DNA of 64,000 nt, taken from contig CM060731.1 in NCBI GenBank assembly GCA_030704615.1, positions 42,470,001 to 42,534,000 of the forward strand, in the 5' to 3' direction. Below are positions 39,461 through 53,119 of this stretch, one piece after another. The first letter of the stretch is position 1. Every line of letters starts with the position of its first letter. A model generated the notes under the pieces. The model worked only from the letters and a program-made list of their open reading frames with translations. It ran no database searches and was not told the origin of the DNA. The translations under genes and the position numbers were made by a program. Source of the stretch: Takakia lepidozioides. Taxonomy: Eukaryota > Plantae > Bryophyta.

Positions 39461-40969
39461 CATTGTAAAACGTTTGTAAGAAAGACGGCATTATATGGCA
39501 ATCAAAAACACTACACTATGGATGTGGTATCAGGCCATATTTGGATAGACGGGTCATTTCTAGCCTAATGCAATTGAGCCTCACAGGTCCGCTCACACAT
39601 TGTACGGCTCACCGTCAAAAGGGTGGAAAATGACAAAAGGGGTTCCTTTCACCTGGCGGAGTCAACTGAACAGCCGAAAAGACGATGGGAACAGATGTGT
39701 GCAGAATGTGATTCTTCATAAATTCTGCAGGTCAACTAGTGTGGTGTAACAAGTTAGGGGCCTACAGAGGCCACACCCAATCTGGCATAAGACACTGGTT
39801 TCAAGAAAAAAAAAAGATACGTTACCTGTGCTGCCGAGAGGAAAAAGAAGAAAAGAAATTTGATGCATCTCAGGGTATTGCCAAAATCGGCTTGAGGTCC
39901 TGGTCACAAGGGGAGCGCGAAAAGGGATGCGGTGACTGCGCTCACGTCCGTCCACCAGAACATATAACTCAAGGAGAAATGCTGGATGGTCACGTGGGTG
40001 CTCAACATCCACAGTCATCACACGTGAAGGCCGCGTCACACACGCGCCCAGAGGGTAAGAAAGTATAATGGGAGTGTATATCACACCGGCGGAGTGGCAA
40101 CAAAAACTTTACCGAGCGGAAACATCTGGACGACATAAAATACAAAGGCATTGAATAACAGGAAAAGGTATGGATGAATGTACAGTTGGATGATAACAGA
40201 TGGATGAGTTGTGAAAATGATGTAGATGGATGAATGAGGGATGGATAAGAGTAAAATGGATGAATGTATAATGGATGTTGAGCAATGACAAAATTCATGA
40301 CAGAGGATTGATGACCAAATCTTTTGACGAATGCCACCTCGTATATGAAATGAGTGTGGAAGGTTGTGGGGTGGATTAAAGAGTACAGAGGATGAATGTA
40401 CAATGGATGTTGTACAAAGGAAGCTTTTCAAATGGAGCACGCATGAATAAAATAGTGTAGAGAATGCACAATGGTATTATGAAAGAGTCAGGGAGGTTTT
40501 ATAGATGGATTCTAGCATAATATTGCAATTTAAACGAAAGTTGATTCTGTATTATTATTTGTTCTAAAGGAACAATATACGGTGGAGGAAGGGATTCAAC
40601 TTTTCCAGATAATATGAAAATGAATATTAAAGAATACAGTTCAGTTTTGACTCAGAGTCAGTACAATGTATCTCCGCTTCCTCTGCATCTAAGTCTAAGT
40701 ATTTTAGAACACCGGATCCACGCTGGATACACCTACGGCTGGCCACTAAAAGTCAGGGGAAGACTCGGCCCGCGTGAAGTGCCATTGCCTCGGCATAAAC
40801 AGGAAAAAGAAAATTGGAAAAGGGGGCTGTCGAAAACAGATTCGCTCAGAAAATGACAGTATCTCCTAAGATCCACCGCTGCCTTTCCTGAAAGAAAGCC
40901 TGAAAAAGTTATTACTGTAACTTTGATGTTATCGAGAAATTGAGTATGACTCCCAAAGAGGTTTAGCAC

Positions 40970-43900
40970 TTACTCACATGAAAAGTCGTTGTCGACCTGC
41001 TTATCTTCGGATCGTCATCATTTCGAATTTGAATCCGATCAGTCTGTGTGCCTGAAGTGGAGCCAGACAAAAGGGGGGAGGAGCACTGTGTTGTAGAGGT
41101 CAGAATCACCCTCCATACCAAAAAGGCTTCTTCCGCCCGCTTGCATGCGTGTAAGTTGCTCCTGGCACTAGACATGAGAACATGAACAGTTATGGGAGGG
41201 GGGGAGTTTAAGCAGATGAAACTGGTGAAAGGAAACCAATTCGGAAGGGAAAAACGAACCTGTGGACACAGAAAGATCGACCACCCGTGCAGAGCGGTGG
41301 CTGCATGATGCTCCAGCAGTATTTGCGATGAACGCTGGTGACTTTTCCTTTGCACCCTTCTCCAGGGAGTGCCAATCTGGTCTCTTCAGAGTCTGACTGG
41401 ACTGCATGAGTTGTAGCAGAGAATGTCATCGACATGGGGCTCATAGGGGGGGTTGACGAAACAACCCTGGTCAGAAATCTCAAAGCTGCGAAATGGAGGA
41501 TGGTGTCTTTGAGGTGCGAACCTCCGCAACGCAGAGCGCCTCGAACATCTCGCGTCTGGCAAAGATAGCAGGTTAGTGTGGTAAACACAATCTATAGTGG
41601 AAGTGTGTACATCGGCTATTCAGAACTCTGACACAAAAAAATCATGAATCGTATGATCGGTGTCGATCATAACACATTCTACTAGAGTGGAGCTGCAGAG
41701 AAAATTGAAACTCATGAATCAAAGCACAGAAGGGAGACGGCAATACTAGCTGACCAGGGAAACCCCATTTCACAAGGTAGAGGCTGTTACACAATTCCAT
41801 GTGCGCAAAACTTCAAACCCTGAAGACTTGAGGTATGATCCAATGCCCACGACTATCATTGTCACATGAACTAAAGCAAATGTGTCCCGGTGCTTCAGAG
41901 AGGAAGTTGTTTTCAGAACCCGAACCCCCCACTCAGTAGTTGTCCTCGAATTTGTTCCACCAAAAGCCTTTCGTCTTTCCCTTTGGAAGAACTTCTGGCA
42001 CAGCCTTCCATCCGGGATGTCGAGAATGACCATGTCTGCCCGCATAATTTTCTTCACACCATCACACGAAGTTTGGTACCTTGCTCACACTGCACAGACC
42101 TTTTTTTTATAAGAACGATGGCAAGATGTTTTCAAAAAGAACGAGACTGAAATACTGCCAACGAAACTTTCAGAGAAAAAGGAAAAGAAACTGGAATTCT
42201 ACCAGATTGAGGAATGAGATTATATTGTCCCAGGTAGGGGATGGCACCCCAGTGTATCCTCTCTTTCACTCTCCATCATCGAAAGCCAACCCTCATTAAC
42301 AATTTTCATCTCTCCTCCTGCGAATCAGAACGGGAAGGGGTGGCTTGGCATCGAACACCACTGAAGAGTGCGGGTATATCTTCCATTCAGTAAAGTCCTG
42401 CCCACTCTCCATCTCCTTTTCATTCTCCTTCTCCCCTTTTTTTTGTCCTTTCCCTTTCTCTTTTGGACTGTCCTTTGTCCTTTGCTTTGCTTGTGAGATG
42501 GCTATGACATCAACAACCTTGTCTTTTGGTTTGCGGCCCGCCTTCTTTCCCTTCTGCGGCGTTCCCCTGAGCATCAGGCTCCTTGGCAGCCCAACGTTGC
42601 TATGTTCGTTGATACTCTTCGTCATTCAAAGGCCGCCAGCATCTCAGCGTTATTGTTCAAGTATTTCATATGCTGTTCTTGAAAGGTCGTGTGCTCAGGT
42701 GGGCAGTCAAGGTACCAGCCACAGTCTCTGAAGTGAGAAGACTCCAGTCCTTCATATCCCGCAGTATACATGGTTGGATCGTTTGCAGGGTCCGACCACA
42801 TGTCAAGATAGTCGGGAATTCCCGCTCAGGTGATTTCCTTCCATAAGCAATATTTCGTGTACCTGAAAAAGGAGATAAATCCCCACCCACAAAAGCGCTC
42901 ATGAGTAAGATGCAAGTAGAACAGAATGAAAAAAACATAGATTGAAATGGCTCTGAGACTCTGCCCAAGGACCTTTCAGGACCACACTACTGCTCCAGAT
43001 ATGAATGTCGTCAACGCCATTTAGAACATTCCACCATTCAATGATACTGTAAATACAACCCCAATCCAGGTGAATGCAATTTCGTTTAGGAATGACACAG
43101 ACATAGAAGTGAATGTCGTCAACGACATTCACATAATGAAGCCAAATTATACTTAAATGAAGCAAAATCACAGGATGGAAATCAAAAAATCGAGTAAGGA
43201 ACCATCCAGGAAAAACTCAATGCACATTCATAACGAACATATCACTGAGGACCTCACAACATCACTATATGTGAATGGGCGTCAACGCCATTCACAAAAA
43301 TACCAAAAAGAAACCAATTACTTAGCTCCCCATCCTGTAAATTCAATGTTGTCGCTGTTGAATAATACGACAACAGCAGTGAATTCGTCAACGACATTCA
43401 CTTTGGATTTCTTTATAACAGAGCTTTCAAGCCTCCAGATTCCTCGCAAGAGGAAAAACAATGCAGAACAACTGAATGTCTGCATTGACATTCAGCAAAA
43501 TGAAGTGAGGACCCTCATTGTATCCTCTCTATGGACATTACAAAAATTTACATAACTCTGAGGACCTCTCAACAACAACTCCGTAGGTGAATGTCGTCAA
43601 CGCCATTCAAGGACATTATCAATTCTAATCAGGGACAATATAATTGCACCCTTTAGATCCTAACCAGGTGAATTCATATACTCGCTTATGATGACTCAGA
43701 CAAGAAGTGAATGTCGTCAACGACATACAATCTGGATCTAAGATTGCAATCCATATGAAGCCACATTTTTTCCCAAAAAAAACAGTAGAGTTTCAAGTAT
43801 GACATGTCCTGTACACAACTCGCATCATGGCCCACTCTCCTTCAACACCACCTGACTGTCAAAGTCGTTGGACCGTAAATGTTACCATCTTTGGAGAACT

Positions 43901-46499
43901 CCCCGGAAAAAACAGTATCTCCAGGTGAGACCTCTCCACTTCCTTATGTATGCCTCCAATGACATTTGGGGAGGGGAAACAATCGAATGTTCAGGTCCTT
44001 CAAAGTCCGATCCAGCACAATGACGGCGCGCTTTTCGAGCTGCAAATAGTATATTTGTCAGAATTGCAAAAGAGATAGTCACACACATACTTGAGAGAAG
44101 AAAACAACATGTTCGATATACACACCTGACTCCAAATGTAGCCTTGTGGAGCCAGTTATCAAACACCAAATCACTGATTCCTCCACCTTTGTGCCAGGCT
44201 GTATGGTGCTCTTTGGGAACTGATTCAAGTCCTTTACTGTTTGATCTGAGTTCCATATCTCCAGCCACCTTATTTTTTTGTTGTGGGTGACCATCGATAT
44301 GGCCAGCCGGTGCAATTTCTCCCTGCTGCATCTCCGGATGCACATGCTTGTCATAGTGTGTTTTGATCTGCTGAAGGAACTCAGGACCAAGTCCAGGATC
44401 TACTATTCTAAGCTCTTCTACGCTGCTTTCCGAAGGCTAACATCAATTTGGTTCTTCGCATTTCAAACTCCTTCTTTATTGCAGCTTCCACACCCTTTGA
44501 TGTCCTTAGTTCTTCTGGTGTAGTGCGGTAATATTCGGATTTTCCCTTCTCATTGCTCATCTTGCCTCTGCTAGTTCTTGCTGCATTCATTCAAGTAGTG
44601 ATTAGCTCCGAAGGACTACAAACATGTATTCAAAAAGTAAACAGAGTACAGACTCGGGCTTACCGCATATATGTACTCCAGAAACGCCTCTCGTGTCAAA
44701 GAATACCAAGTGCCCTGCAGCTCTTCCTGTTTCGCACTTCTTGATGATTTGGGTGGTAGTACTGTCCGAAAATCATCCAGCTTCATCAGACCAATCCTCT
44801 GAATTCGGAATAGTGTGTGAACCAAGCTTGTTTGTCACATGCGATTTCTCTCCTCTCTGTCGATCTGCAAAACATTGGAAACATTGCATTCCTTAACACT
44901 GTTTTTTGAGAATTAATAAGACACTACAGAGGAATGAAATCTCCTGGATGACTTACTTGTTCACGTCGTGCATAGCTGTAAGAAGCCTAGCGATGTCGTT
45001 CCAGGATCCAAAACCATTGCCCTCCACAGCAACATGCTTGTCTTTGTCTTTCGAATGGTGTTTCTGAATGTATCCCATCCATGCCAGCAATCGGTGGTTG
45101 CCGTCCCAGACGTAGAACATGTGGTTGCAGAATTGCTGGGTGTTCTTTCCCATCATGAGGCCCAGCTCGAACTCCTCATTGGCATCTTTCCCAGCACTCA
45201 TCCCAGTTATCACTGATCTCTGGAGACACTAATGTGCTTTTTCCCATTTATATCCGTCAGTGACAAATAAAAAACTTGTGCACCAAGTCTATATCCATGC
45301 ACAAAATCACTCTCCAATTTTTGTTATGTCATGGGAAAGAGGTGGACGCACAACATGCATTGATATCATCCGGCACAGAGGTATGTCCAGACGCCCTCCA
45401 GATACGAGCATTTCCCTTATAACCTCCTGAGAGTTTACCTTCTGGAATGACATGAGTTCTTTCACCTTGTCAAGGTAGTGCACTTCGGATTCATCTGCTT
45501 CATCTGTATTCTCTGAGCTTTTTGCGGACTCGTCCCCATTTCCAGATCCTTTCCCCTCTGATCCTGTAGGCTTCGACCTCACAGTTTTCTGCACGATGCC
45601 ATTCAGTTCTGACTGAGTGATTTGCAAATAGTGAATGGCGGTAACGACCATCACTCTGTCTCAAAGAAACTCACCATGAATGGTGTGAAAGAATTCAGCA
45701 CAATCTACACAAGCAAAGCTGAGACTGCCGTATTCAAAACAAAAGCGAGAGCGATAGCGAACGGCGTTAACGACAATCACAACAGATAACGACCTGCCCG
45801 ATCGGTGTTGTGTAATGACATACATGTGCAACTGATTGGCGGCAACGACATTCAGTGTAGTTTAGGGCGGATAGTAAGTGCAGACTCTCTCTTCAAACAC
45901 ATAGGTACATAAATCTCATGAGGAGAATCGAATGGCGTTAACGACGCTCGCAATTCAGTAGTTCCTGCTAAAGAAGGGAAGAGGAAGGACTCCTTGAAAG
46001 GCAATCAGACAGACTGTATGATCTGAACACCAGTGAATGACTGTACCGATAGTCACCAACTCATTGTGCTGTAAACCCTTCGCAGAGGAGTAGAAAGCAA
46101 ATCACCTTTGTGATTGTCGGTAGCGACAATCCCTGTCTGGGACATCCCACTCAATCTCTACGCATATCTTCAACAATGAGATGTAAGTTAGATAAAACTT
46201 ACTCGCACCTTCTTAGGTTTTGAAATTTGATCCCCTTCTGCAGCTTTCCTCTTCCCTCTCACATTTGTTGGAATTTCTGTCTGCGCTAGGGTTTCTTGAC
46301 CTTCTCCCGGTTTGGCGTTCCGCGTGCTTCCATCTTCTTCAGTGTCCCTGCGAATCATCTCTGCCTCCACAGGCTGGCGCACTCTTATCGCCGACTGTGT
46401 CACAGCCGCTGCCTCAGTCTCCGTCTGCTCTTGTGAATCAGTCTCCGCGTTCACCTGCTGCCTTGGCCCTGTGTTCTCCAACAAACGACGCCTCGTCAT
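40970..46499 (-). pseudogene. Family 2 ParB/Srx-like + DNA amino-methyltransferase-like gene, copy A, frameshifted
   Basis: Reverse-complement homologue of 58454-63741. Retains YVWDGNHRLLAW, ILDIPDG and GAKEKSPAF but carries many small indels. Confidence 0.85.
43000..43732. repeat. Intronic palindromes TGAATGTCG-TCAA-CGACATTCA (copy A), ~7 copies
   Basis: Mirror image of the set at 61022-61745. Confidence 0.85.
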
Positions 46500-47353
46500 T
46501 TTCTCTCTTGCTCTGCGTCTCTCTCTAAGGGAAGTAAAATAAAGAGACTTTCTTCTCTTTCGTATTCTAGAAGGAACCCTCTCCAGCTTGACTACCACTC
46601 TCCCTCTAAGCGCGAAAAGTAGAAAAACGCAGTGACTCCCGATTTCTTGCGGGATTGCCTGCGTTCTTGCGTGTCTCTAGAAGCATCGGATTCCCTCCCG
46701 CGTGACCGTTACACATAGTCGTTCCCTTATTAGTGCACATGCCAGCAATTGGTGTACAGCTGTTCGTATTCAGTTATGGATGTCTGACGTGTGTCGCCCA
46801 AAAAAAACGGCGTGATCTTTATTAGAACGGTTTCAATATTTAAAAATAACAGCGAATCCAAGAAATCTTGGCGCACAGTCTTAGACAAATATATGTAAAT
46901 GAACGAGAGTTTGATGACAAATTTGGGATATTATACACGGTCATCCTTGTTAGCCAACCCCACGTTCGTTTCACATTTTGAACTTTCCAGGTGCGCATGA
47001 TCATTGGTAGTAGTATAAAGATACATTTACTTAATCTGCAATCCCATTCTCGGATCCTGTGGCATGCTTCCAGGAAGTCGGCTTTGTTGTTGGGTTTATT
47101 GATGAGGTTCTGGTTAACGGTTTTACAGCTACCGACACTGCACCTAGGGATACTCTGACCACTGGGCCCACTAGAAAAGTAATTAAAATGGACGGCTGCA
47201 TATCTGGAAAGAATAACATAATATGCACAGTCGTTATCTGAGCTTCCTCCGCCATATTCTCTGCTCATTCTTCAACTGTGTTCTGGAGACAGCAGTAAAC
47301 CGATTTACACTAGATCTGCGATAACAAGGTACAAACGTACGCGAGGAAGGAAT

Positions 47354-50272
47354 ATGGCTTCCTCTGAAGCGGAGTTCTTCTCTGACGACAAACCAGTGCC
47401 GTTCTCCCAGGAAGTCCTTGACAATCGATTTGCAATTGTTCTGAAACATGTCTTGGCTACCCGTTTTCAGCTGCAGAATGACTCCATCTTTTTGGAGAAA
47501 GAGGTGTACGATCTTAAAGGGAAGTTGGTGAAATATTCTTTCCAAAACCGTGATGAGACGGCTCATATCAGCTAGTGGAGAGTGCGTCCTGGTCGATACA
47601 GAGTACTTGGAGAGCCTCGGCGAAAGTCCCTTGGGTCATATGTGACGCCCGGGACTGCTGCTTCGGTCGTTGAAGACAAGAGGGAGGTGGTGGTGAAAAA
47701 AGAACAGACGTCCTCCACTCCAATCGTTGAGCTTTCGGATTCTTCCGATGATGACATAAGTGAAATTCCAAATCCAGTCCTTCCTACTGTGGTTGGAGAA
47801 GCTGATGAAGAAGAGATTTGTAGTGTCATTCCAAAATTGCGGGCGATGGGAGGAATGGCTGGATTCAAAAGTGAGTTGCGGGGAATTGATTGGGAATCTT
47901 TGAAGCAGGTGCCTGTGAAGTTCTTGCCGGAGACTTTTGATGGCGATATCCTATTCGAGCTGCCTCCTCCTCCGCGAGTTGGAGGTGTAACAATCATGAT
48001 GCATGGAATGGACAAGAAACACGACGGGCACCCATGGTGCAGAACAAAACCATCCAATATTCAGAATGATGACAAGCTTGTTTTCAGGAGGACAGTTTGC
48101 AATGGACACCTTAGGTGTGATAATTTGAATTGCAGACACTTTCTTCAGTCTGGGGTTCATAATCAAAGCGAATGGGAGGGTCTGGCGCAAAATCCATTTC
48201 AGCCTGGGACTGCCCCTCCACCGGCAAACACTTTCGTCTGCAAATTCTGCAAACTTGTGCCATCCTGTTTGGCGCTCTGCGGAGCAAGAATGTACTATGT
48301 TGTCCACCGTTTGAATACAATGACGAGAGCTTGTGTGCATTTTGGATTCCATAACCATCCTGTCTCGAAGGGGATTACAGGGAGAGTGTTGAGACAGTAT
48401 CGAGGTTGATCAAACAGGAGTTCGGGAGAAACCCATCCGCAACAACATCTGCAATTGCTCTTGGCGCAAGCAAGTCCTTCTTGGAAAGCCATATTTTGAG
48501 TGAAGGAGATTCTGTGGGGACTAAACTTGACGTGCAGCATTGGACCTGGTCATGGATCATTTCTCCACTTTAAGTTCACCTAACATTCGGCATCAGATCA
48601 ATGCATTGAGAATGGGCTCTGGGATCAGAGGCTACATAGACAATATTTTGGAATTGAAACGACTGAGCAAGTACGATTACATCCAGGGACAATGTATTCC
48701 CAGGTCAAGGTGCCATCAAAGTTTTTTTTTCAAAATACTGTTGGGGAGGGCAGTGGGGTTAGCCTCGTGAAGCGGATGCAGAAGACTGGGGACTTGCAGA
48801 ACTATTTTCTTATGTTTGATCATGTGAAACGAGTGAAGGATTGGACGACAATGGCTTGTCATGTCTACGATCCAGTGTACCAACGAGTTATGACAATTGC
48901 AGTTTGTGACATGCAATCCGAGGATACGGAATCCCAGAAGCTCATGTGGAATTCCCTGATACGTGTCATGGGCTGCCATGGGCTGCCATCTCCAAATTTC
49001 GCAGGTTTCATGGCGGATAGTGCTCAAGCAAATTTCAATGTTGTTCGTATTGTCTTCGGATCGGGCGACCCAAAAGTGCATATGCCAGGAAGAGAGCGTA
49101 CATGTCTATTCCATTGGACACAATCTCTGGAAAAACATACAAAGTCGGACATCAAACCAGAGATGCAGACTCAGCACCGTAAATTGTGCAAAGAGTACAA
49201 AGATGCTAGAACAATGAAGGAGGCGGACACTTTGTTCCAGACAATTCGTGCATGGTGGTTCTCTTCTGGAGCTGCATCACTTGAGAGTATGAGAGCATTG
49301 GAAGATTGGCTGGCGTTTTGGCACTTCCGGTATAGACAGTGGGGAGCAGCCATGACAATGGTACGAGGCTTCTATTTCATGCTTTATTCATACATTTGCT
49401 TTCCATATTTTTGACTCATTGCTTTCTTTATGTTGTTTCCTGTGCACTGTTCTGAAGTGTGGTTATCCTCTTTGCAGAACATGTCCATTGAGGAAATGGC
49501 GGACATGCCATCTTGCAATTTGGCAGAAACTGTGCACAACGCATGGTTGCAGCAGTCTGGGAAACGAGGTCGGGATTTGTATGTGGCAACAACAGATGAT
49601 TTGATACGTGCCTTGCAACAACAACCCGATACCGTGATTTCTTACGAGGTGGGGTTGGTGGCAAGGGTCTGGACAAATGGGAGTTGATGTTGCGTGCTGC
49701 AAACAGATCTGGGGATCCAATCAAGATAGCACGGGCGGTGAGCATGTATGCCCAGGGAACGCCACTTGTTTTTAGAGTTCCACATCTTGAAGGGGAGGAG
49801 AGATTCGGCTCCTGTAAGAGGAAATTGAACACTCCACCTGGTTCGGATTCAGATTCCCACAGGGCAGACCGTGATAACTTCTCGAAGCCTCGTGTTCCCC
49901 TGCATGACAGCTCCATGTCCGGAACCTCCATTGTGGAGGAACCTCCAACACGACGGCAAGCTCCAGCATCAAACAGTGCCACTGAAATGGTGCAGGAGAG
50001 AAACAACCCCCTTGATGTGCTTGAGTCCGCATGCCCCAACCACGTTTGGCACATAGAACGCACAAGTGTAGGGTCTCGTGTGAAATGTACAGCGATCAGG
50101 GCAACTAATTTCGAGAAGTGCACTTCATCTATATCCAGAGGTGGTGCCCGAACTCCTGCTCCGACTTTCACGGGCTTGATGCGTCCATACGGTCAACCAG
50201 AAGCCAAGAACCACAAGTTTTGGTTCTGCGCAGATGATTGTGCCAGATGTGTGCATGGAACTGTGCGTTCTT
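47354..50272 (+). pseudogene. Family 2 MULE-like transposase, copy A; stop, frameshifts, 3' end (SWIM) missing
   Basis: Near-identical to 57598-54680 on the minus strand. Stop at 47573, frameshifts near 48375-48740 and 49625. Homology ends after CVHGTVR at ~50272. Confidence 0.9.
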
Positions 50273-50729
50273 CAACATTCAACATTGCGCTCGCTGCTAA
50301 ACTTGGCATGAATGTGCCAAATTCACAGCCTACAGGTCCACCATGCACCACCTTTGCGCCACAGACAACAAATGAGACTATTTCTCATGGTATGGGCTCA
50401 CCACTCAACCTATTCAAGGCAGTTTCTTCACCGCCACCAAAGCCAAACACAATAGGCTCATTGTTTGGGCTTTCAGAAATGGAGGGGGATGATGACATGG
50501 AGGGTTGGTCTGAAGGTGAACTCAATCCATCCCCCCATATTGTTGAGGCAACTGCAAAGTGTTCATCAGTTTTGTTGTCTCCTACACCAGTAGCACTGCC
50601 GACATATGTACTACCCTCTCAATATGCTTGTGAGGTCTCCATGAATTTGCAGAGTGCCCCACAGAAAGGTGTGTCTCTTGTACATGATAATCATGTACAA
50701 GTTGTAGGTAATTGCCCTTCGGCAACTGA

Positions 50730-51235
50730 GAGGCAGAAACACATCCTTATACTTGACTTGAATGGATTGTTATGTGAGAGCAGACTACGAATAAGGGAAT
50801 ACCTAGAGCCCACTGTCACCTCCAGACCTGGGTGTCAGGAGTTTCTGGACCGATGCCTTCAGATTTTTGATGTAGGTGTATGGTCTTCCATGTCATTGAG
50901 TAATGTCCTTCCAGTTGTGAAAGCTTGTTTCGTGGGAAACAACCAAAGATGGTGCTTCACCAAGACTATTGTGACCAGCCTGTGGGAATGGTGGACCCTT
51001 TCAATCCTTCTAAAACTGTCATGTACAAGAACTTATGTAAGTTTTGGAAGGACTACATCCATTACAATCCAACCAATACTTTGCTGGTGGACGATTCCCC
51101 ACTCACTTGCTTACCCAACCTTGCAAATAATTGCATCTTCCCGTATCCATGGAAGTTGAGGGATCAGCCAAACTGCAAGAGGCTTATGAAAGAATTACTG
51201 CCTTGGTTAGAGGGTGTATCCAAGGCTGCACACAT
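50730..51235 (+). pseudogene. FCP1/NIF-like HAD phosphatase domain inside the CACTA ORF, frameshifted at ~50930
   Basis: HILILDLNGLLC, RPGCQEFLDRC..FDVGVWSS, KNL..FW and TNTLLVDDSP..N.IFP are in FCP1-homology motif order. DxD is altered to DLN. Confidence 0.8.
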
Positions 51236-51889
51236 GTGTCAGGGCACCCATACAGATATGGGCAGCCCAACTACTTGTTCAATACTGCAGCCATGGGTAG
51301 TGGATCACAACAATCTGCAAAGGCATCCGAACCAGGGCTTCCTGCTGCCAGAGTTCCAACGACTTTGCCTCCCGATGCAACAACAAAGCATAATCAAAGA
51401 AAGGTGAGAGCAAAAGTTTCAATGCTTGGGCGCGTGGGTGGATTTGTATTGTTAATGCTACTTCACAATGTGTGTCATTCGTGTTATTCTCATTTTTTGA
51501 TCGTTGTGTCATTCAATATACAGATGGTGAAACTAGTGAAGCGTTCAATGGGCAGGGAGAGTACAATATGTGCTATCAATCAGACTACAACCACAGTGGA
51601 TCTAACTGAACCACATGGTGACCACCAAAGGTAGTTTTGTGACATCGTCCTACCACATCCATGTTGACCATGCATAACCTGCTATCAACTAGGTATGGCA
51701 CCGTTCCGGCTTTGATCATGTCAGCATGGAGTATAGAGACAAGCAAATGCAATTCAGAATTGGAAGTACTGCAATAGGTAGGGTTGGGGTGTTTGCTGGA
51801 AGAACTTCAATGTCATTTTGCAGGAGTGCCAAGCTGTCAGTCTCTGTTCTCCAGGGTTCATTTTTGATATATGAATCTGGTTTTTGTTG

Positions 51890-52143
51890 CAGTTTCAGAT
51901 CCGCGACAAGGTGTTATTGTTTGATCCTTGTGCACCAAAAAGAAGGGCAGGTGTGGGAATATTGCTGGCTTTCCGAAAGCAAATGTGCCAGACAACTATT
52001 ACCGTATCCATGTGAAATCGGTCATGATTTCAGAGGTTGTGTTGCCGTACCCGGACTACTCTATTACCCCTAATCATACCACATTGGGTGACACGCAGGG
52101 AAGTTCCACCTTATGGTCTGAAAAGTTTCTTAAACACGCGTGA
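51890..52143 (+). pseudogene. CACTA ORF2 (TnpA/Tnp1-En/Spm-like) C-terminal exon remnant
   Basis: VPDNYYRIHVKSV..VVLPYP..TTLGDTQGSSTLW resembles the C-terminal domain of plant CACTA ORF2. Confidence 0.6.
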
Positions 52144-53119
52144 TATTGAAGGTGCTACAAGTTTAGTTTAGTTTTCTTTATGGATTGAGGGTCGCTGAGA
52201 CAGGTGAACAAAACAGCTCTTCTCACATGAACAATATTTTTTGAATTGATGCTCTTGCTATTCTCATGTATGATCACAAGATCCCCTTGTTCAAGGGCAA
52301 CTTCATTTTCCCACATCAAGCCAAATTTTTCTTGTGTAGACATGAATGTGGTATTTTGTTGGTTGTTTGCTATATTTAATATTAATAACATTACTACTGG
52401 TCAATGTGGTTAATAATACAATTATTATCCCTGTTTTAAATAAGCTTATGTTTAAATGAAACAAAACAAATAATAATTCTAAAATAATAATATATTACAT
52501 ATTAAATCAAGCAGCCAATTGCTTTTGGGGTCCTATCCCATTTATTGTAAGAATAAGAATAAGAATAAGAATAATAATATGACTATTCATTTTGGCATTT
52601 GTCAACAAATAATAATTGTTTACTTTTCGTCCAATAGGAACAAAACAATGGATGTGACAGTATTCACACTAGTGTCATTGCGATCACACCACGACTTGAA
52701 CCTGGTGTTAAATATGTGTGAGAGAATCCGTAAGAAGAGCCCTTAATATCTATTATTTATTTAATAATTCTGATGGACTCTATTACGTGGCATTCCCTTT
52801 GACATACATGTGGCAGACATGGTGGCAACGAGGTGTAATAAGTACCGTAGAAAGACCATTAAGATTACTTAGTCAAAATAGTAGTTGAACTAACCAGTCA
52901 AAACGGCCGTCAAAATATCCGTCAAAAGAGCCACCTAAACCTACTGCCACATCAGGTGCGAGTTTGGTGTGAGATGGTTTTTTCACAGGACCAAGAAAGT
53001 TCACATGTGGTGCAAAGGACTAGGTTAACCTAACACCAAGGGGGGGGTGTGAACTTGGGCTCTTTTCACACCAAAATGTGTGAGAAGAGCCGTTAAAAAA
53101 ACCGGTTTCTGTATTAGTG

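Larger units (their letters stand above)
40714..50272. mobile_element. Family 2 Mutator-like element, copy A (decayed; inverted relative to copy B; extends left of 40714 by an undetermined amount)
   Basis: The reverse complement of the window end (ggatccacgctggatacacc) matches 40714. Collinearity with copy B continues to ~50272. Confidence 0.9.
50273..53119 (+). mobile_element. 3' part of a CACTA element ending in the TIR ...AAAAACCGGTTTCTGTATTAGTG
   Basis: TAGTG terminus at 53119, TCACAC/GTGTGA subterminal repeats, and a Tnp1/En-Spm-like last exon upstream. Confidence 0.8.

Noticed and set aside
37106-39947. 15-bp direct repeat TGACTGCGCTCACGT as the TSD of the LINE remnant
   Set aside because: It does not sit at the apparent LINE boundaries, there is no poly-A tail or ORF2, and it resembles the recurrent GCTCAC terminal motif.
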